Shown in pieces: positions 48,780 to 62,794 of a stretch of DNA of 64,000 bases (the first letter of the stretch is position 1; every line of letters begins with the position of its first letter). A program made the translations under genes and the position numbers. Source of the DNA: Octopus vulgaris (lineage: Eukaryota); the NCBI GenBank assembly GCA_951406725.2, contig OX597814.1, positions 103,850,001 through 103,914,000 on the forward strand, read 5' to 3'. The notes under the pieces are model-generated. The model worked only from the letters and a program-made list of their open reading frames with translations, was not told where the DNA came from and did not search any database.

Positions 48780-50425
48780 GAACTTTCAGGTTCTGTTTGC
48801 CAAATCCACTGCTAAGACTTTGGTTGGCTTTGTAGAAGACATTTACGCCATGCAGTATGATTGAATCTGAAACCACATGGTTGAGATTCGAACTTCTTTA
48901 CCACACAGCTGCACCAACCAACAACTTGTAGAGTAAATCACCATTGGTAGAGCTGTTTCAATTGTGGCTGAGCTGAATCAGCAATATAGTGAACATATCT
49001 CCAGTTTTTTCATTTAGATTTTACAAGAAACTGACAAAAAAAATATTCTTTGGAATCAAAGATAAATTAAAACAAAGATCTTTTATATCTGTTTTTGTTT
49101 TATTCTTTTCATTCTGTTCTTTTTATACTTTTTTTTTTATTTCTCTTATTTTCTTTAATACCATTTCTTTAGATGCAAGAAATTGTAAGTTTTCTGTATT
49201 TTTTGTCATTTTACCAATTTAAGTTTTGATGGCAGTTTCACTTTACATTCATTCTTAGTTTCCTAACAAAATTATTTGAATCATAGATTTGTCTTATATT
49301 TCCATATATTTCTTATCAAAACCACAAAAACAAATACTGGCCTCAGCTTTCTTGTCTACATGAGGTTCGAGTTCTTTGGATTTTTTGTAGTGTGTGTATA
49401 TATGTGCACATATATACATATATGTACTTATGTACAAGTACATATGTATGTGCATGTTTACAAGAACATAAACATGACTGAAACTATTTTAAAACTTTTC
49501 TCTACTTAAATTACTTTGCTGTCGACATTGCTTTTAGATTAATTAGGTTTTAGTCATAAAAAATATTCAGAAAATTTGTCTTTGAGAAATTTTATTTAAC
49601 AAACAAAAATGATTTTAAGCACCACCATTCCAATACAAAGAGATAAATCAATGACTGACCTATGAAACAGTTCTACGTCTATCATTTCCGTTACTGGAAC
49701 CATTATCACAATCTCTGCTGCGCCTTGGCCATTCTCTCCACCACATCTTTCACAATTCTTCCTACCTTCACTTCATCCATACCATTATCTCTTCAGTCAC
49801 TTCCTCTCTCAACCATTTACACTGTTTCTTTTCTTCTCTCGCCTCTGCAGTTAATTACTTGAACATTCTCTGTGTAAACAAACTTGTATCCAAAATGTCT
49901 GTAAGTTTGCTCCAATCCTCACAGCAATTAAGACTGGTCTGAGACAGTTCATACAGGAAGGTTCTGCTCTCGTACACTGGGGCTTCTCTCATTTTGTTCC
50001 GGTCTCTACAATTTGATGCCCATCCTAACATCAACCACTTCAAACAGTGAATTCAATGTATTTAGCATGGCAGCAGCTCTGGAGAGGTTGCCAGGTCCTC
50101 AGCAAGATAAGATTAAAGGGACCTCTTGGTTCAACAGTTTTACCAAACCTCTTTCAGCGTGTTTCTTTGTGGCACAAGGAAGCAAGAAAGGTTTCCCTGT
50201 ACAATGTGGGAGCCAAAAATACTCAGTACTCTGAGATATGTATATATTCTCAAGACTGTGACAAAGGAAGTGATAGGAGAGAGAGAGACTGACAGACAGA
50301 CAGTGAGAGAGAGGAACAAGGCTATAATAACAGAAACAGCGTTTGGGGTGAGGGCAGATCGCATAGGATAAAACAGGTCCTGAACCATCTTGCATATATG
50401 TAGGGCTCGTAATCATGGTTGTTGA

Positions 50426-50820
50426 TGGCACCTGTGAATCGTCATGGTCAGTACCATGTTTATGGCACCTGTTCATCGTCATGGTCAGTACCATGTTTAT
50501 GGCACCTGTTCATCATCATGGTCAGTACCATGTTTATGGCACCTGTGCATCATCATGGTCAGTGCCATTTTTATGACACCTCTGCATTGTAGCCATGGTC
50601 ATCAATGGTGCCATGTAAATTGGTACCCGGGAATTGTGGTCATTGGCAGTGCCATGTAAATGCACCCATGAATCATAGTTACAGTTGATGCCGGTGTCAT
50701 GTAAATGCCCCCCACCACCACCATGAATCTTAGTCATGATCATTGTTGGCGCCATGTAAATAGCTCCCACCTGTGAATCATGGTTGTGGTTGCTGCTGGT
50801 CTCATGTAAATGGCACCCAT
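50426..50820. repeat. ~37-bp tandem repeat decaying into an RTE 3' end
   Basis: Unit TGGCACCTGTTCATCGTCATGGTCAGTACCATGTTTA, about 4 good copies followed by degenerate ones. Confidence 0.85.
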
Positions 50821-51817
50821 TACACTCCTGGAGTAGTTGGCATTAGGAAGGACTGTTTCCAGCTGTAGAAACTATGCCAAATCAAACTGGAATCTGGTGC
50901 AGATGCTCTCTGGCTCCTCAGCTCCCATCAAACCATCTAACCCATGCCAGCGTGGAGAGTGGACGTTAACTGATGACGATGATGATGGTTTTTTAGGTCC
51001 TAATTTGAGAGACAAAAATTTTTTGTTTTCTTGAGAAAATACAAAACAAATTATATAATTGTCACTTTTAAGACAATTCACACTTATAAATGATTCCATT
51101 TTATTATCAAATGAAGCAATAATGTTTGTGTGTGTGTCTGGGAGAGAGAAAGGATTCGATATATAATGTTTGTATATTTCAAATTTAAATCTTCGCTGTT
51201 TCTGCTCTATTACTCATGGTTGTTTGAGGTTATTTATCATCATTTAATGGATGTTTTGACAAGAACTGTCAAGCCAGAACACTACACCATGCACCACTAT
51301 CTATTTCTATGACTGGATGCCTTTCCTGATACCAACCACTTTACAAGTGTCTGTGTGTCAGTGTATAAATATAATGATGCTATTAATGTATATATACACA
51401 GAATGATACTGTCTGTATCTCTGTCTCCCAATGGATGTTGCTCTTTCAAAGAATCCAGGATTTTTCACCATTTTTATATCAAAATGCACCAAAACTTTTA
51501 CACTCTTCACATTCTAAATGAATTCCAACTATATCTCCTCCAAAAGTTGTCCGAAATAAATATAATGCAGGATTTCAATACTTTCTGCCAGTAATTAAAA
51601 ATTATCTCAATAAAAATTCTTCATAATTAAGATATGAAACTGACAAATTAACACAATGTCTCTCTTTGCAAATGGAATTGATTCTCCAAGAACCGAAGAT
51701 TATGGTTAACTATCATAAACTCATTCATTTATTCTTCAAAATGACAACTTGAAGCTACTTTCTGAATTACTAACACAAACGAGATTCTGTAACAATTTCC
51801 TCCTTGATTGTTAGCTG

Positions 51818-51850
<33 letters not shown>

Positions 51851-52642
51851 GATAATGTTTGTCAGAGGTAATTGTTAAATTAATTAATAATCAATAATTA
51901 TTGCCTTCATTAATTATTATTTTTGAATTGCTATTGGGGCATCATGTAATGGGATTGGGGTGGGGATTAAATAAGTTCTTGATCAAGTATATTCACAGCA
52001 ATTGTGCACCTACTTTACAGTTTATATAATAATGGTAATAATAATAATAATAATAATTTCTGTTGATAATACACTTGGAAAAGCCTGAGTGACCCAACTT
52101 TCCATTGCTTTCTTCAACATATCTCTTCCTGTGTGTAACTATTACAGCCGTGGGCAGTGATCCTATCTTTGTTGTGTTCTTACAGTCCTTAGTCCTGATA
52201 CAAGGGGTTACTATTTTAAACCTTGTCAGAAGACAACCCCTGTAAATCTTAATTACTTTGCAGCTTTTATCTCATACTCAAGGATTAAACGGGATTTAGA
52301 GATTTACTGTGTGGATATTGAAATAGTGAAGTAGAAGTTGTTAACAGTGTAACAAGGTGTGAGAGAATGAATTCAGATGGCTTCTACACCTGGAATTTCT
52401 TTTCTGTTACACATTCTATTATCAGAGTGAGATCATCAGCATAGAAGAGTTCCCAGGGCCAGCTTGTCTTAAATTCCTCTGCTGTGGCCTGGAGTATGAT
52501 GATGAAGAGGAGAGGACTGAGAACATCCTTGGTAAATGCCTAGATAGGCACAGATAATCAGACTGATATGTATATGTCACCATCATCATCATCATCATCA
52601 TCATCGTTTAGCGTCCGTTTTCCATGCTAGCATGGGTTGGAC

Positions 52643-55430
52643 CCATCATCATTTAATGTCCATTGTCCATGCTGGCATGGGTTGGACGGTTTGACCACAG
52701 CAGACAAGCTGCACCAGACTCCAGTTTGATTTGGCATAGTTTCTTTGGCTGGACGCCCTTCCTCATGCCAACCACTTTATAGAGTGTGGCTGGGTGCTTT
52801 TACATGGCACTGCACAAGTGTTTTTTGCTACCAGAGGGACCAGTCTTAACATTCCTGCTGTGTCATGTGGGTCTTCTTGAGTACAGCAAGGCACCTGGCA
52901 TCTCGGTCCTGTGTTATCTCACCTGAAAGGTTCAATGTACTGAGGTTGTTCTTCAGTATTTCATCCTATGTCTTCCTGGGTCTCCCCCTTTTCAGAGATC
53001 AGCACTTCTTTATGGAGCTGTCAGCATCCAACCACCGCACATGACCAAACCAGTGCAGTTTTCTCTCTTGCACATTGCATCTCATTCCTTTTAAGCTTAA
53101 TTTCTGTCTCAAAACACTAGCACTCTGGCGAACATGTACACATACATTACACATCCAGCAGAGCATACCAGCCTCATTCCCTTCTAACCCTCACATGTTC
53201 TGTGCATTCAGGGCCCACGTCTCACTACCATATAGAATTGCACTTTGTATACATGCATCATACAATCTTCCTTTCACTCGGAGAGTGTAGGGTAAGGTCC
53301 TGTCAGTTTTCTTGCTTACTAAAATATTAGTCTTTGCTAAATTAACCTTAAGGCCTTTCAATTCCAGGTTTTGCTTCCACATCTGGAATTCCTTATCTAG
53401 CTCTAATATGGAATCTGTTGAGAGCAAGATCATCAGCATATAGTAGTTCCCAGATGCTGTGGGTCTTGAATTCCTCTGTTATGGCCTAGAGGACAGAGAT
53501 GAAAAGGAGGGGGCTAGGGATGGAACCTTGATGAACCCCTACCTGTACACCAAATTCTTCACAGTACTTGTGGTTAACTCTCACCTTACTGACAGTGTCT
53601 TTGTACTAGGCCTGTACATTTTTCACCAGCCACTCATCTACCCCTATCCTCCTCAGAGCCAACCATATCACACAGTGGGGTACTCTATTGAAGGCTTTCT
53701 CCAGATCAACAAGCGATAAGTATAATGGTTTATTCTTAGCTAAGTACTTCTCTTGAAATTACTGACTATGAAAATAGCATCAGTAGTGCTCCTTGGTGCC
53801 AAGCGACAAACTGCATTTTATTTCGCTTAATTCGGCTCCTAATTAATTGGGCTTTAACTGTCTCTGTAATTTTCATCACCTGAGTTTGATGTCTCTATAA
53901 TTGCTTCTACCTAAAGCATCACCCTTACCCTTGTAGCAGCTCAATAACCTAATTAACTATGCAGGTGACTAGCCTGTATCCTACCTTACTGGTTATTTTG
54001 AGCATCTCAGCCGTGATTCCGGGTGGACCAGGGGCTTTCTTGGTTTTCATGTCTTTAATTGCCTTATCTACCATACTGCTGTCCACTAGTATAGCTGGTC
54101 CCTCTGTTGGGTTCACATGAGGGAGACTCCCTTTATCCCATTCATTCTCTACAATCAACAGTCTTGCATAGTAACTTTTCCATGCCTCTTTCTTGTCCAC
54201 GTGCCTAAGTGCAAACATACCATTATTCATCCGCACACACTTCTCTCTCCCACAATTTCTCAATTCTCACTGACATGCTGTCTAGCAATCCAGAGCACTT
54301 CAAGTCTCTGATCTTCATGTCGTAGGACATTGGCAAACCTCTTCCTTTCTGTTTCTGCCCTGGCTAGATAAACCTAATGTCTGGCCTCTCTTTTAGCTTT
54401 CTGATATAATTGTTTGCTACCCTATCTTTTCCATTCTTTCCAGACCTGTCTCTTTTCTTTTATGGCTTTGTCAACATTCAACTATTCAACTACCCCTTTG
54501 TCACCTTTGGTCTGGCAGAGGTTTTGGTCCAACCACAGACTTGGTCTTTTCCCCTATGTAGATTGTCCTGTAGGAACTTCTAGTTGTCCTTTATGTCATA
54601 TGTCTCCATCTCTACCTCCTTCTCATTAAAGAATCTCTAAATCTCTGCCTGTTTGAAGGATCCTAAAGCTTCCACAACCTCCTTTTTTCCATATTGGTTT
54701 GTCTCTGGATCTTTCTGGTCCTAAGTCTGAAGTCACTAATCATTAGCTTTCTTCACCTGAGAAAAATTTTGCATTTACAAGTATATATCTATACCTGTGT
54801 CTGGTGAGGATGAAGTCAATCTGGTTGGTGAGTCCCCCAGATTGATTAGTGATTAGATGGTTGGCAGGTGTTCTGAAGTTGATGTTGCAGACCAGTAAAC
54901 CATGAGCATCACAAAACTCCAGCAGCTTTGTCCCTTCCCCATTTCTGGAGCCAAAGCCATAGCCGCCACACACACCCTGAAATCCATTGGAGTGTTTTCC
55001 ATCATACCCATTGAAGTCTTCTGCCATGATGAGAATGTCGTCTTTTGTTGTTGAGGTAGTTCTAAGAAGAGATTTATAGAGGTGATCCTTCTGAGTATCT
55101 GCAAGTTTCGCATGCGTAGTATATGCAAAGATAACTGATATAGTTACATCAAATTATTTTGTCACATGCCCTGACTACTTCAATCACATTATCCACCCAT
55201 TTCTCTGCTTGTAGAATATGTACATCACTTAGGCCTTCGTTGTTGCCTACTCATAAAAATTTGTATCGATGCCCTTTGCCTGTAAGCAGTCTAGCTGAGG
55301 CTCCCCTCCATTGTACTTCTTGGACACAGCATACGTCTAAATGTCTTTGCTCAAGCATCTCATTTATCTTTCCAGACCTACCTTTCATAGTGCCAACATT
55401 AATTGTGCCAGCTCTGAGCTTGTAGAAGTA
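52643..55430 (-). mobile_element. Older near-full-length RTE LINE (APE endonuclease + RT), heavily decayed
   Basis: GTINVGTM..DVCCVQE (APE start), EDFNG, NQIDFIL, KAPGPPGITAEMLK, GVHQGS, LYGSETW. A separate RT scrap lies at 52420-52530 and a 3' stub at 52581-52642. Confidence 0.88.
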
Positions 55431-55813
55431 GGAAGAAGGTTGAAATACTTTCAGCTTCTCAAAAGGGAAAGATCTTTGGGGCCTACATGCCTGGAGGCCA
55501 CGGGTCCTTGTGCTTGCTTAGAGAAATAATGTTACAATTGTAGTTTCAAATTGCGGATCTTTTCTAAAAGATGGACAGAATTTTCTACTTAACTAAATAA
55601 TTTGAAACTTCGTATACTGGTAGAATGTGTCAATCCGATCTTTCAACTTAGTTGTGGGACATTTTGTCATACATCAATGGATTCCGTATGCTCCTCACAC
55701 CAAACTCTCACCATCACCTCAGCAAACTTTATACAGAAATTTGGGCATATACCTGTGCACATAGTTATAACATATGTACTTAACCATTAAGGCTCTGGGA
55801 CAGAAGCAATTTG

Positions 55814-56849
55814 GGATCTTTTCTAAAAGATGGACAGAATTTTCTACTTAACTAAATAATTTGAAACTTCGTATACTGGTAGAATGTGTCAAAAGAAAAC
55901 ATTAATTTGAATTAGTTTTTTTGAGAAAAATGTATTTTGTAACTTTTACGTAGTTTAATTCTTCGAATTTTAACCAATCGTATTCTCCGTTTTGACCTCA
56001 ATTCATTTGCTGCCGTGTTATTCGTCCTTATCCATGTCTTCTGTCTTCAAAGACATGTTTATTTCAATGTCATCCCTGACTTACGGACCGATTACCTGTG
56101 TGTGTGTGTTTTTGTTGTGTATGTGTGTGCGTGTGTGTGTGTGTGTTGTGTATGTGTGTGTGTTATTGTTGTGTGTGTGTGTGTGTGTTATTGTTGTGTA
56201 TGTGTGTGTGTGTTATTGTTGTGTATGTGTGTGTGTGTTATTGTTGTGTATGTGTGTGTGTGTTTTTGTTGTGTATGTGCGCGTGTGTGTACGTGTGTCT
56301 TTTTGTTGTGTATGTGTGCATGTGTTGTGTATCTCTTAAATCGATGAATTTCGTTGCCCAATAAAAATATCAACGATATTTTTTTAACTTTGATATCGTT
56401 AATATTTTTATTGGGCGACGAAATTCATCGATTTAAGAGATACACAACACACACACACACGCACACATACACAACAAAAACACACACACATACACAACAA
56501 TAACACACACACACACACAACAAACACACACACGCACACACATACACAACAAAAACACACACACACAGGTAATCGTTCCGTAAGTCAGAGATGACATTGA
56601 AATAAACATGCCTTTGAAGACAGAAGACATGGATAAGGACGAATAACATGGCAGAAATGAATTGAGGTCAAAACGGAGAATACGATTGGTTAAAATTCAA
56701 AGAATTAAACTATGTAAAAGTTACAAAATACATTTTTCTCAAAAAAACTAATTGAAATTAATGTTTTCTTTTGACACATTCTACCAGTATACGAAGTTTC
56801 AAATTATTTAGTTAAGTAGAAAATTCTGTCCATCTTTCAGAAAAGATCC
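55814..56849. mobile_element. ~1 kb palindromic fold-back element (MITE-like); extra 79-bp terminal copy at 55555-55633
   Basis: Arms 55814-56379 and 56393-56849, termini GGATCTTTTCT/AGAAAAGATCC, internal TG-rich arrays of unequal length; no TSD seen. Confidence 0.9.
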
Positions 56850-59459
56850 GAAAGATCTAAGCTGAAATTATTTGTTTAGCAACAGAGAAATATCTCTTAT
56901 CTGAAATATGAAATACCTATATACTACCAGAGGGAAAGAGAGAATTTAGGTTTGGCATTATTCACGTATTGATTAAAATAAAGAGGTAGATAGGTAGATA
57001 GATAGGTAGGTAGGTAGGTAGATAGATAGATAGATAGATAGATAGATTGATAGAAGGATGGATGGGTGGGTGGACGGGGTTTAGGAAGTGCACAAGTTGG
57101 CAATGAGGACTAAAGGGAAATTTTAGCAATGAAACAATCACATAATTAAGGACTGCAAAAGCAGAAGATAAAAAAAAAAGGGTATATATATATATATATA
57201 AATATATGTAATTTTGATATGACACCATGTCATTTAGTGTAATAATATCTGTTGTACTTGGATAAACCAACTCCTGTATTCGTCCAGCATTGACCAATTT
57301 TTTTGAATAATATATTCAGTAGACCTTTACCTTGTCACTTCATACATTTATTTAGATTGCCATTATCACACCGCCATTCCATGGATTATGTTTAATGTTT
57401 TTATCTTTAACCTATTGTTACATCCTCATTTCTCTTTACTCTGTCACATGCACACCACACACACACACACTCCTCTGTTTCTGCTGTGTGACTCTTCACC
57501 TTATCCAACCAGTTTGTATAACTGTGTACATACACGTTCTTGTACGGGTCATTATAAAAGGTTAATTGACTAAATTTGGGCATTAATTTGAATTTAACGA
57601 CTTCCAGAGATCTAAATCATTGTTTTATGCTTTAGTTGTTGTATATATTAGATGTGAACATCATCTAACCCAAGATGATGATGATGATAAACTTTTTTCT
57701 TTGTTACGATTGATATTCTTCTATGTATTATCTGCAGTGTCATTATAAATGTAGGATTGTTGTCTTCTCGTTAAGATATAATGCCAGTAATTTATTGAGA
57801 GAGATCATCAGAGTTTTCAAAGAATATATTTGCATGTATTAATTTAGAAATTGCTTTGAAAAACCTGTTGACGAAAATCATTTCAGCAAATTCATAACGA
57901 AGCTGAATAGCTTTCCTGCAAAGTTGAACCCTGTTGATGCCCATGTGCCTTAGGCCACTCCTTGTGATACGATCTCCCTCTTTAGAAGTGATTTAAATTA
58001 AAACCCTTCCATCAAAACCTCATGTTGATTTATATGCCAAATTCTAGCTTAATAATGTGGAAGTTTACTAAACGCTTCATTATTTTCAAAATTATTTGAA
58101 CGAAATAATGTGTGTTTCATCAGAAATGTGGTTAGGAAAGCATTATAAAGTAGAGCTTCCATTATAACTTGGTCCTAAAATTACAGATGACTAGAATGAC
58201 AAATAGACAGACTCTGATCGGAAACCAAATACGAAGTTGTCATTCAAATACTGATTTGAATGACTCTCCAGAACTATAGGACTTGAATGGAAACCTTGCT
58301 TGTTGGCAAAATATTCATAAAATAAATATAATTTACCTACGCAAGGTACCTGTTTACTGCTAGCAGCAACAATATCTTGTCCAGAGCAACTTTATTCATT
58401 GGATTCAAGATGTAATCTTTTGTCTCGCAGAATGTCTCACACCACACAGACGTGGCTGGATTTGCTTGCATTTATTCCAGGATAAACTTCCTCCTGAACT
58501 GTTATATCAAGCATGGCTGACTCTGAGTCACTCTGAGGTTGTGTTTTAAGGACAGAGGTACACAGACATTCCATTAAAAGCTGCTCAACTGTGCAGACAT
58601 TTTGCTTGTCGTGAGAATTCATTACACAACTCAAATTCCTGTTCTCTCTGTTGAAACCATTGCAATGACAGATTAAGCTTTATCGTTTTCTTCTTCTTTA
58701 TGTCTGGATTTAAGTGTATTATCAGTTATCAAATATTCCAGTTGTTTTGCTTCACACCTTGACTTACGTAGAAATACCTAAATCCTAAATGTCAAGACAT
58801 TATTATATTCAAGCATTAACATCTATCTCTATCTCTGTCTGTCCCCCCTCTCTCTCTCTCCCTCTCTCTCCCTATCTCACCCCTCTCTCTCTCATATTTT
58901 AAAAATTATTTCTGGGTTTAGCTCAGTTGTCTGCTGACCTAAGAACCTATATTACTGCATCTATTTTTATCTTGGGAAAATCTTTTGTACATTGTCACAC
59001 TTGTCTTTCACTTTTCCCATAGCCTTTGCTTGAAAGTCTGTCCTGTAGTGCAAGCAGGAAAAAGATTCATAGAGAATGCTTTATCTTAATCAGAATACTA
59101 ATGATGTTTGTGACACTACCACCATGACCACCACCACCACCACCACCAAAAGCAGCAACAACTAATGTCTGTTTATTACTGCATCAGTTTCTGTTCTTAG
59201 ATGAAGATTTTGATAAGAACTTTGCTATTTTGAACTGAATTCATCTTTGATCAAAAAGTTATAATTGATTACCAAATGTTCTGGGGGTAGACTGGAATGA
59301 TTAGGGTTCAAGTAGGGACTGTTGCAATCTCTGTTGGTTACAAGGGAATCATATTTTTAATTTTATGGTCAAGTCTTTTCTTTAATTTCCAGATATGATT
59401 AAATAGCTTGGTGACAATCTCCTTTTCAGTAAGCTACAACATAACAGTAGCACTTCTTG

Positions 59460-59908
59460 AATTTGCTTTCCATCATGCCTATGTACCTTTTTTTGTTGTT
59501 AAGTCCAGTGAGGTGACTTGCAATGTTTTTCTCAGTTCTGCTGGTTGCGGGTCTCCCAGAACATTCGTCACTATTGACATTTTTTCAACCATCTTAGAAA
59601 TGTCTGAACCACTCCTACACTTGTGTGCAGCTCATACACTCCTCTCCACGCACTTTCTGCAACTTTGCACAGGCCTCTGAGCAGGTGTCACCATGACAGC
59701 TTTCTCTGTCATGATCAATGCGATGATCACATGCTACACACCTTCCTTCCTACCACTGCTGTAAGCAGCACAAAGGAGCTAGAATGTTAAAACTTAGTGT
59801 ACAAGCACAGCAGGGTTCAAGGTCAATCTTTGCCAAGCGGCTTCACTCTACGTGCTTTTGCTTCGTTACTATGGTAACAGTCGGGATACTTATTGATCAC
59901 ACCTCATA
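59460..59908 (-). mobile_element. Mariner transposon 5' fragment
   Basis: TIR-like TATGAGGTGTGATCAATAAGTATCC; relic HTH peptide SCTQV*EWFRHF*DG*KNVNSDECSGRPATSRTEKNI. Confidence 0.8.
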
Positions 59909-62310
59909 TCTAATGGATGTTTGAGTTTCTGAAGTTTCATGGGGCCTAGGTATTACTCTTCTAGGTTTTTATGAACTTTTTCATATTGATAGTTAAGCTG
60001 TAACTATTTCTGAAGTTCTGTCTGTGGAGGTATGATTGTGTGGAGGTATAACTATGTTTCTAGTGTGTGGAGGGATGACTGTGTGGCCAAATGTCTGCTT
60101 CACTGTTATGAGGAGCAATTCCATTGCTTGGTACGTTGACCAAGTATTATTTCCAACATCTTCAGGTTTAACTAAACCTTCTTAGTAAAACTGGGTAGGT
60201 AGAAACTGTGAGAGCCTATTAGATGAACTGTAGCTGTAATTCTTGGGGGTTGATGCCTTACTCTAAGTCTGCCTGGAGCTTACATTAAGGGTGCAAGGGT
60301 TGAATGACTACACCCAAGTTTTTTTACCATGTCATTCTGTGTTTACACTTGAATTATATTCAGCTACTTGTCTTCATTACCAATAAATAGAGGATTCTAA
60401 CTATTGAACAAATGTATATATTATGCATGTATATGTATACATATAGGCTTAGTCATATTCAAATGTAAGAACTGAAAGCCGAATTATTTCTGTAAGGTCA
60501 CTTCAAGTGGGGGGGGGGTATCCCATTGTTGCACCACATTGCTGCAACAAGCATTTACCACTTGTTGGTTTATTCCCGGGACCTCCTGGGTGACTGGTAA
60601 AGCTGAGTACCAGTCAGTCCCCGTCTCCACGTGATACCTCATCATCTACTATAACCATATAACCCCTGGTTGACCACCACAAGCCATCAACCCAGCTGGA
60701 TCATCAGTGAAAAGAACACAGTAAGCTGGGTCTGACTCGAAAAATTGAACAACATGGCCAAACAGTTTGGGGTGTGGCCATTGCCAGCGCCGCCTTGACT
60801 GGCTTCCGTGCCGGTGGCACGTAAAAAACACCAACCGATCATGCTGTTGCCAACCTCGCCTGGCACCTGTGCCAGTGGCACATAAAAAGCACCCACTACA
60901 CTCACGGAGTGGTTGGCATTAGGAAGGGCATCCAGCTGTAGACACACTTCCAGATCAGACTGGAGCCTGGTGCAGCCTCCTGACCCCGGTTGAACTGTTC
61001 AACCCATGCTAGCATGGAAAACGGACGTTAAACAACGAACGATGGGATTTCTGTATGACTGAAATATAATTAAAAAACACGTTAAAGTCATTCAGGTATA
61101 TTTATTCTTGTTGGTTCATCAGTTTTAAATATTTTTCTTCAAGTTTTTGCCATTATCTAAATCTATCATTTGAGGATTCCTTTTGTTTTCCTTTTGTTAA
61201 GAAATAATTTTGTCATACCTAACAACTTTCTTGATTTATTCTTATACTTATCTCCTCTCTTTGTTGTAATTTGTTCCTTAATCACTGAGGATTCTCTAAA
61301 TAAGCATCACCTTTTTAGGACGAGGAACTTTTTCTCTTGGAGAACTGCTAAATTCATTTGGTTTGCAATCAATGCTTTCTTCTTTCATAGTTCTACATTA
61401 CAACAATAAATTCATATTTTTATAAAAACAACTTTTGCTGTTTTATTACTTTTACTAAGTTTTCGTGAGACACAATTATACTTTTCTCATTTTTCTTTCT
61501 ATGAATTATAAAACCAGTTTAAATTACCTAAATCACATAGTTTCAACTAACTCAAGATCTATTTTTAAAACCTTCTCAGTGTGTCAGTTGATGGTGGGTG
61601 GAGTATATAAAATGTTTTATGTGGTTATTGAAAAAAATAGATTTGATAACAGAACCGTATTTTAAATAATTTCAAAGTACAATTAAGCATTTTTAACCAT
61701 GTGATTCCTCACTGCATATTGATAATAGGTATTTCATATAATCACCTTAATGAATTAGTAACTGATGAGAGGTATTTTATGTAATCACCTTAATTAATAA
61801 TTGCAGTTGATGGTAAATTAAACAACAAAGAAATATACATCTCCATTTGTACCTTTTTTTTCCATGGGCTAAAGAAAGGCTAAAATTCTATAGAATTTGC
61901 TCAGTATTGCAAATGTTTTGTGTCTTGGAGTTCTTCAAGTGTTGTTACCAATCATCTCCTTATACAGATCTCTTTTGGTAATACTCATATTGTATGGCAA
62001 CAATAACTAAACTGTGGAAATTGTAGTAAAAATATCAGCAACATCATCATCATCATTTGATGATGATGATGATGATATTTTCACTATAATATATCAATAT
62101 TTTTTTAATAGCAATGAAATAATTATGTTTGCTAATTGTTTAAATAAGAAACTGTTTCACACCAGTTTTATTTCTCAACTATCTTTTTCCTTTTGGATCC
62201 CTTTCATTCCTATTTTACTCAACTGAACCATCATTACCATTCAATCTTTAAAAAATCCTATTTTTACTATCAAATATTAAGAATTGTATAAAAAATTAAC
62301 ATATTTTGTG

Positions 62311-62450
62311 TATTCTGTTGTGTCTAGGGAGAGTCATTTTCTTTTTGTGCTTTATTATATAACACACTCACTGGTAAAATTTCCACTTTTTTTCTTATTC
62401 TTATTTTCCTAATATAAAGAATCTTGCAAACAGAATCCAAAAATGAAATA
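62311..62450 (+). mobile_element. Fold-back-plus-tail element, copy 3 (hairpin centre deleted)
   Basis: Left arm 62311-62412 is joined directly to the tail; 14-bp direct repeat ATATTTTGTGTATT at 62301-62314 and 62448-62461. Confidence 0.85.
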
Positions 62451-62696
62451 TTTTGTGTATTGTTGACACATAATCAATTTATTGCAGATAAATGTTAATA
62501 ACAAAATCTCATATGGACCCCTATAAGGGCCATATGGACCCCGGTTGGGAACCAGTAGTTCACACCTAAATTTTGTTTTGGCAAATTCTGTTCCTAATTA
62601 GCAGATATATTAAATGGTATTGAGATTAATATTTGTGATGTGATGGTGTAGTATTTAATATTGTTGAACAATTATTGGCAATAGTTTAAAAGTACT

Positions 62697-62698
<2 letters not shown>

Positions 62699-62746
<48 letters not shown>

Positions 62747-62794
62747 GTTATTATTGTTATTGTTATTATTATTGTTATTATTATTATTGTTATT
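62699..62794. repeat. (TTA)n/(TTG) microsatellite
   Basis: Seen directly. Confidence 0.95.

Noticed and set aside
698-56649. Numerous ORFs with YIYI, THTH, CVCV, MYVC, poly-L or poly-T tracts
   Set aside because: They are translations of microsatellites, not proteins.
58437-58634. Non-repetitive 65-aa minus-strand ORF
   Set aside because: No recognisable motif or splice support.
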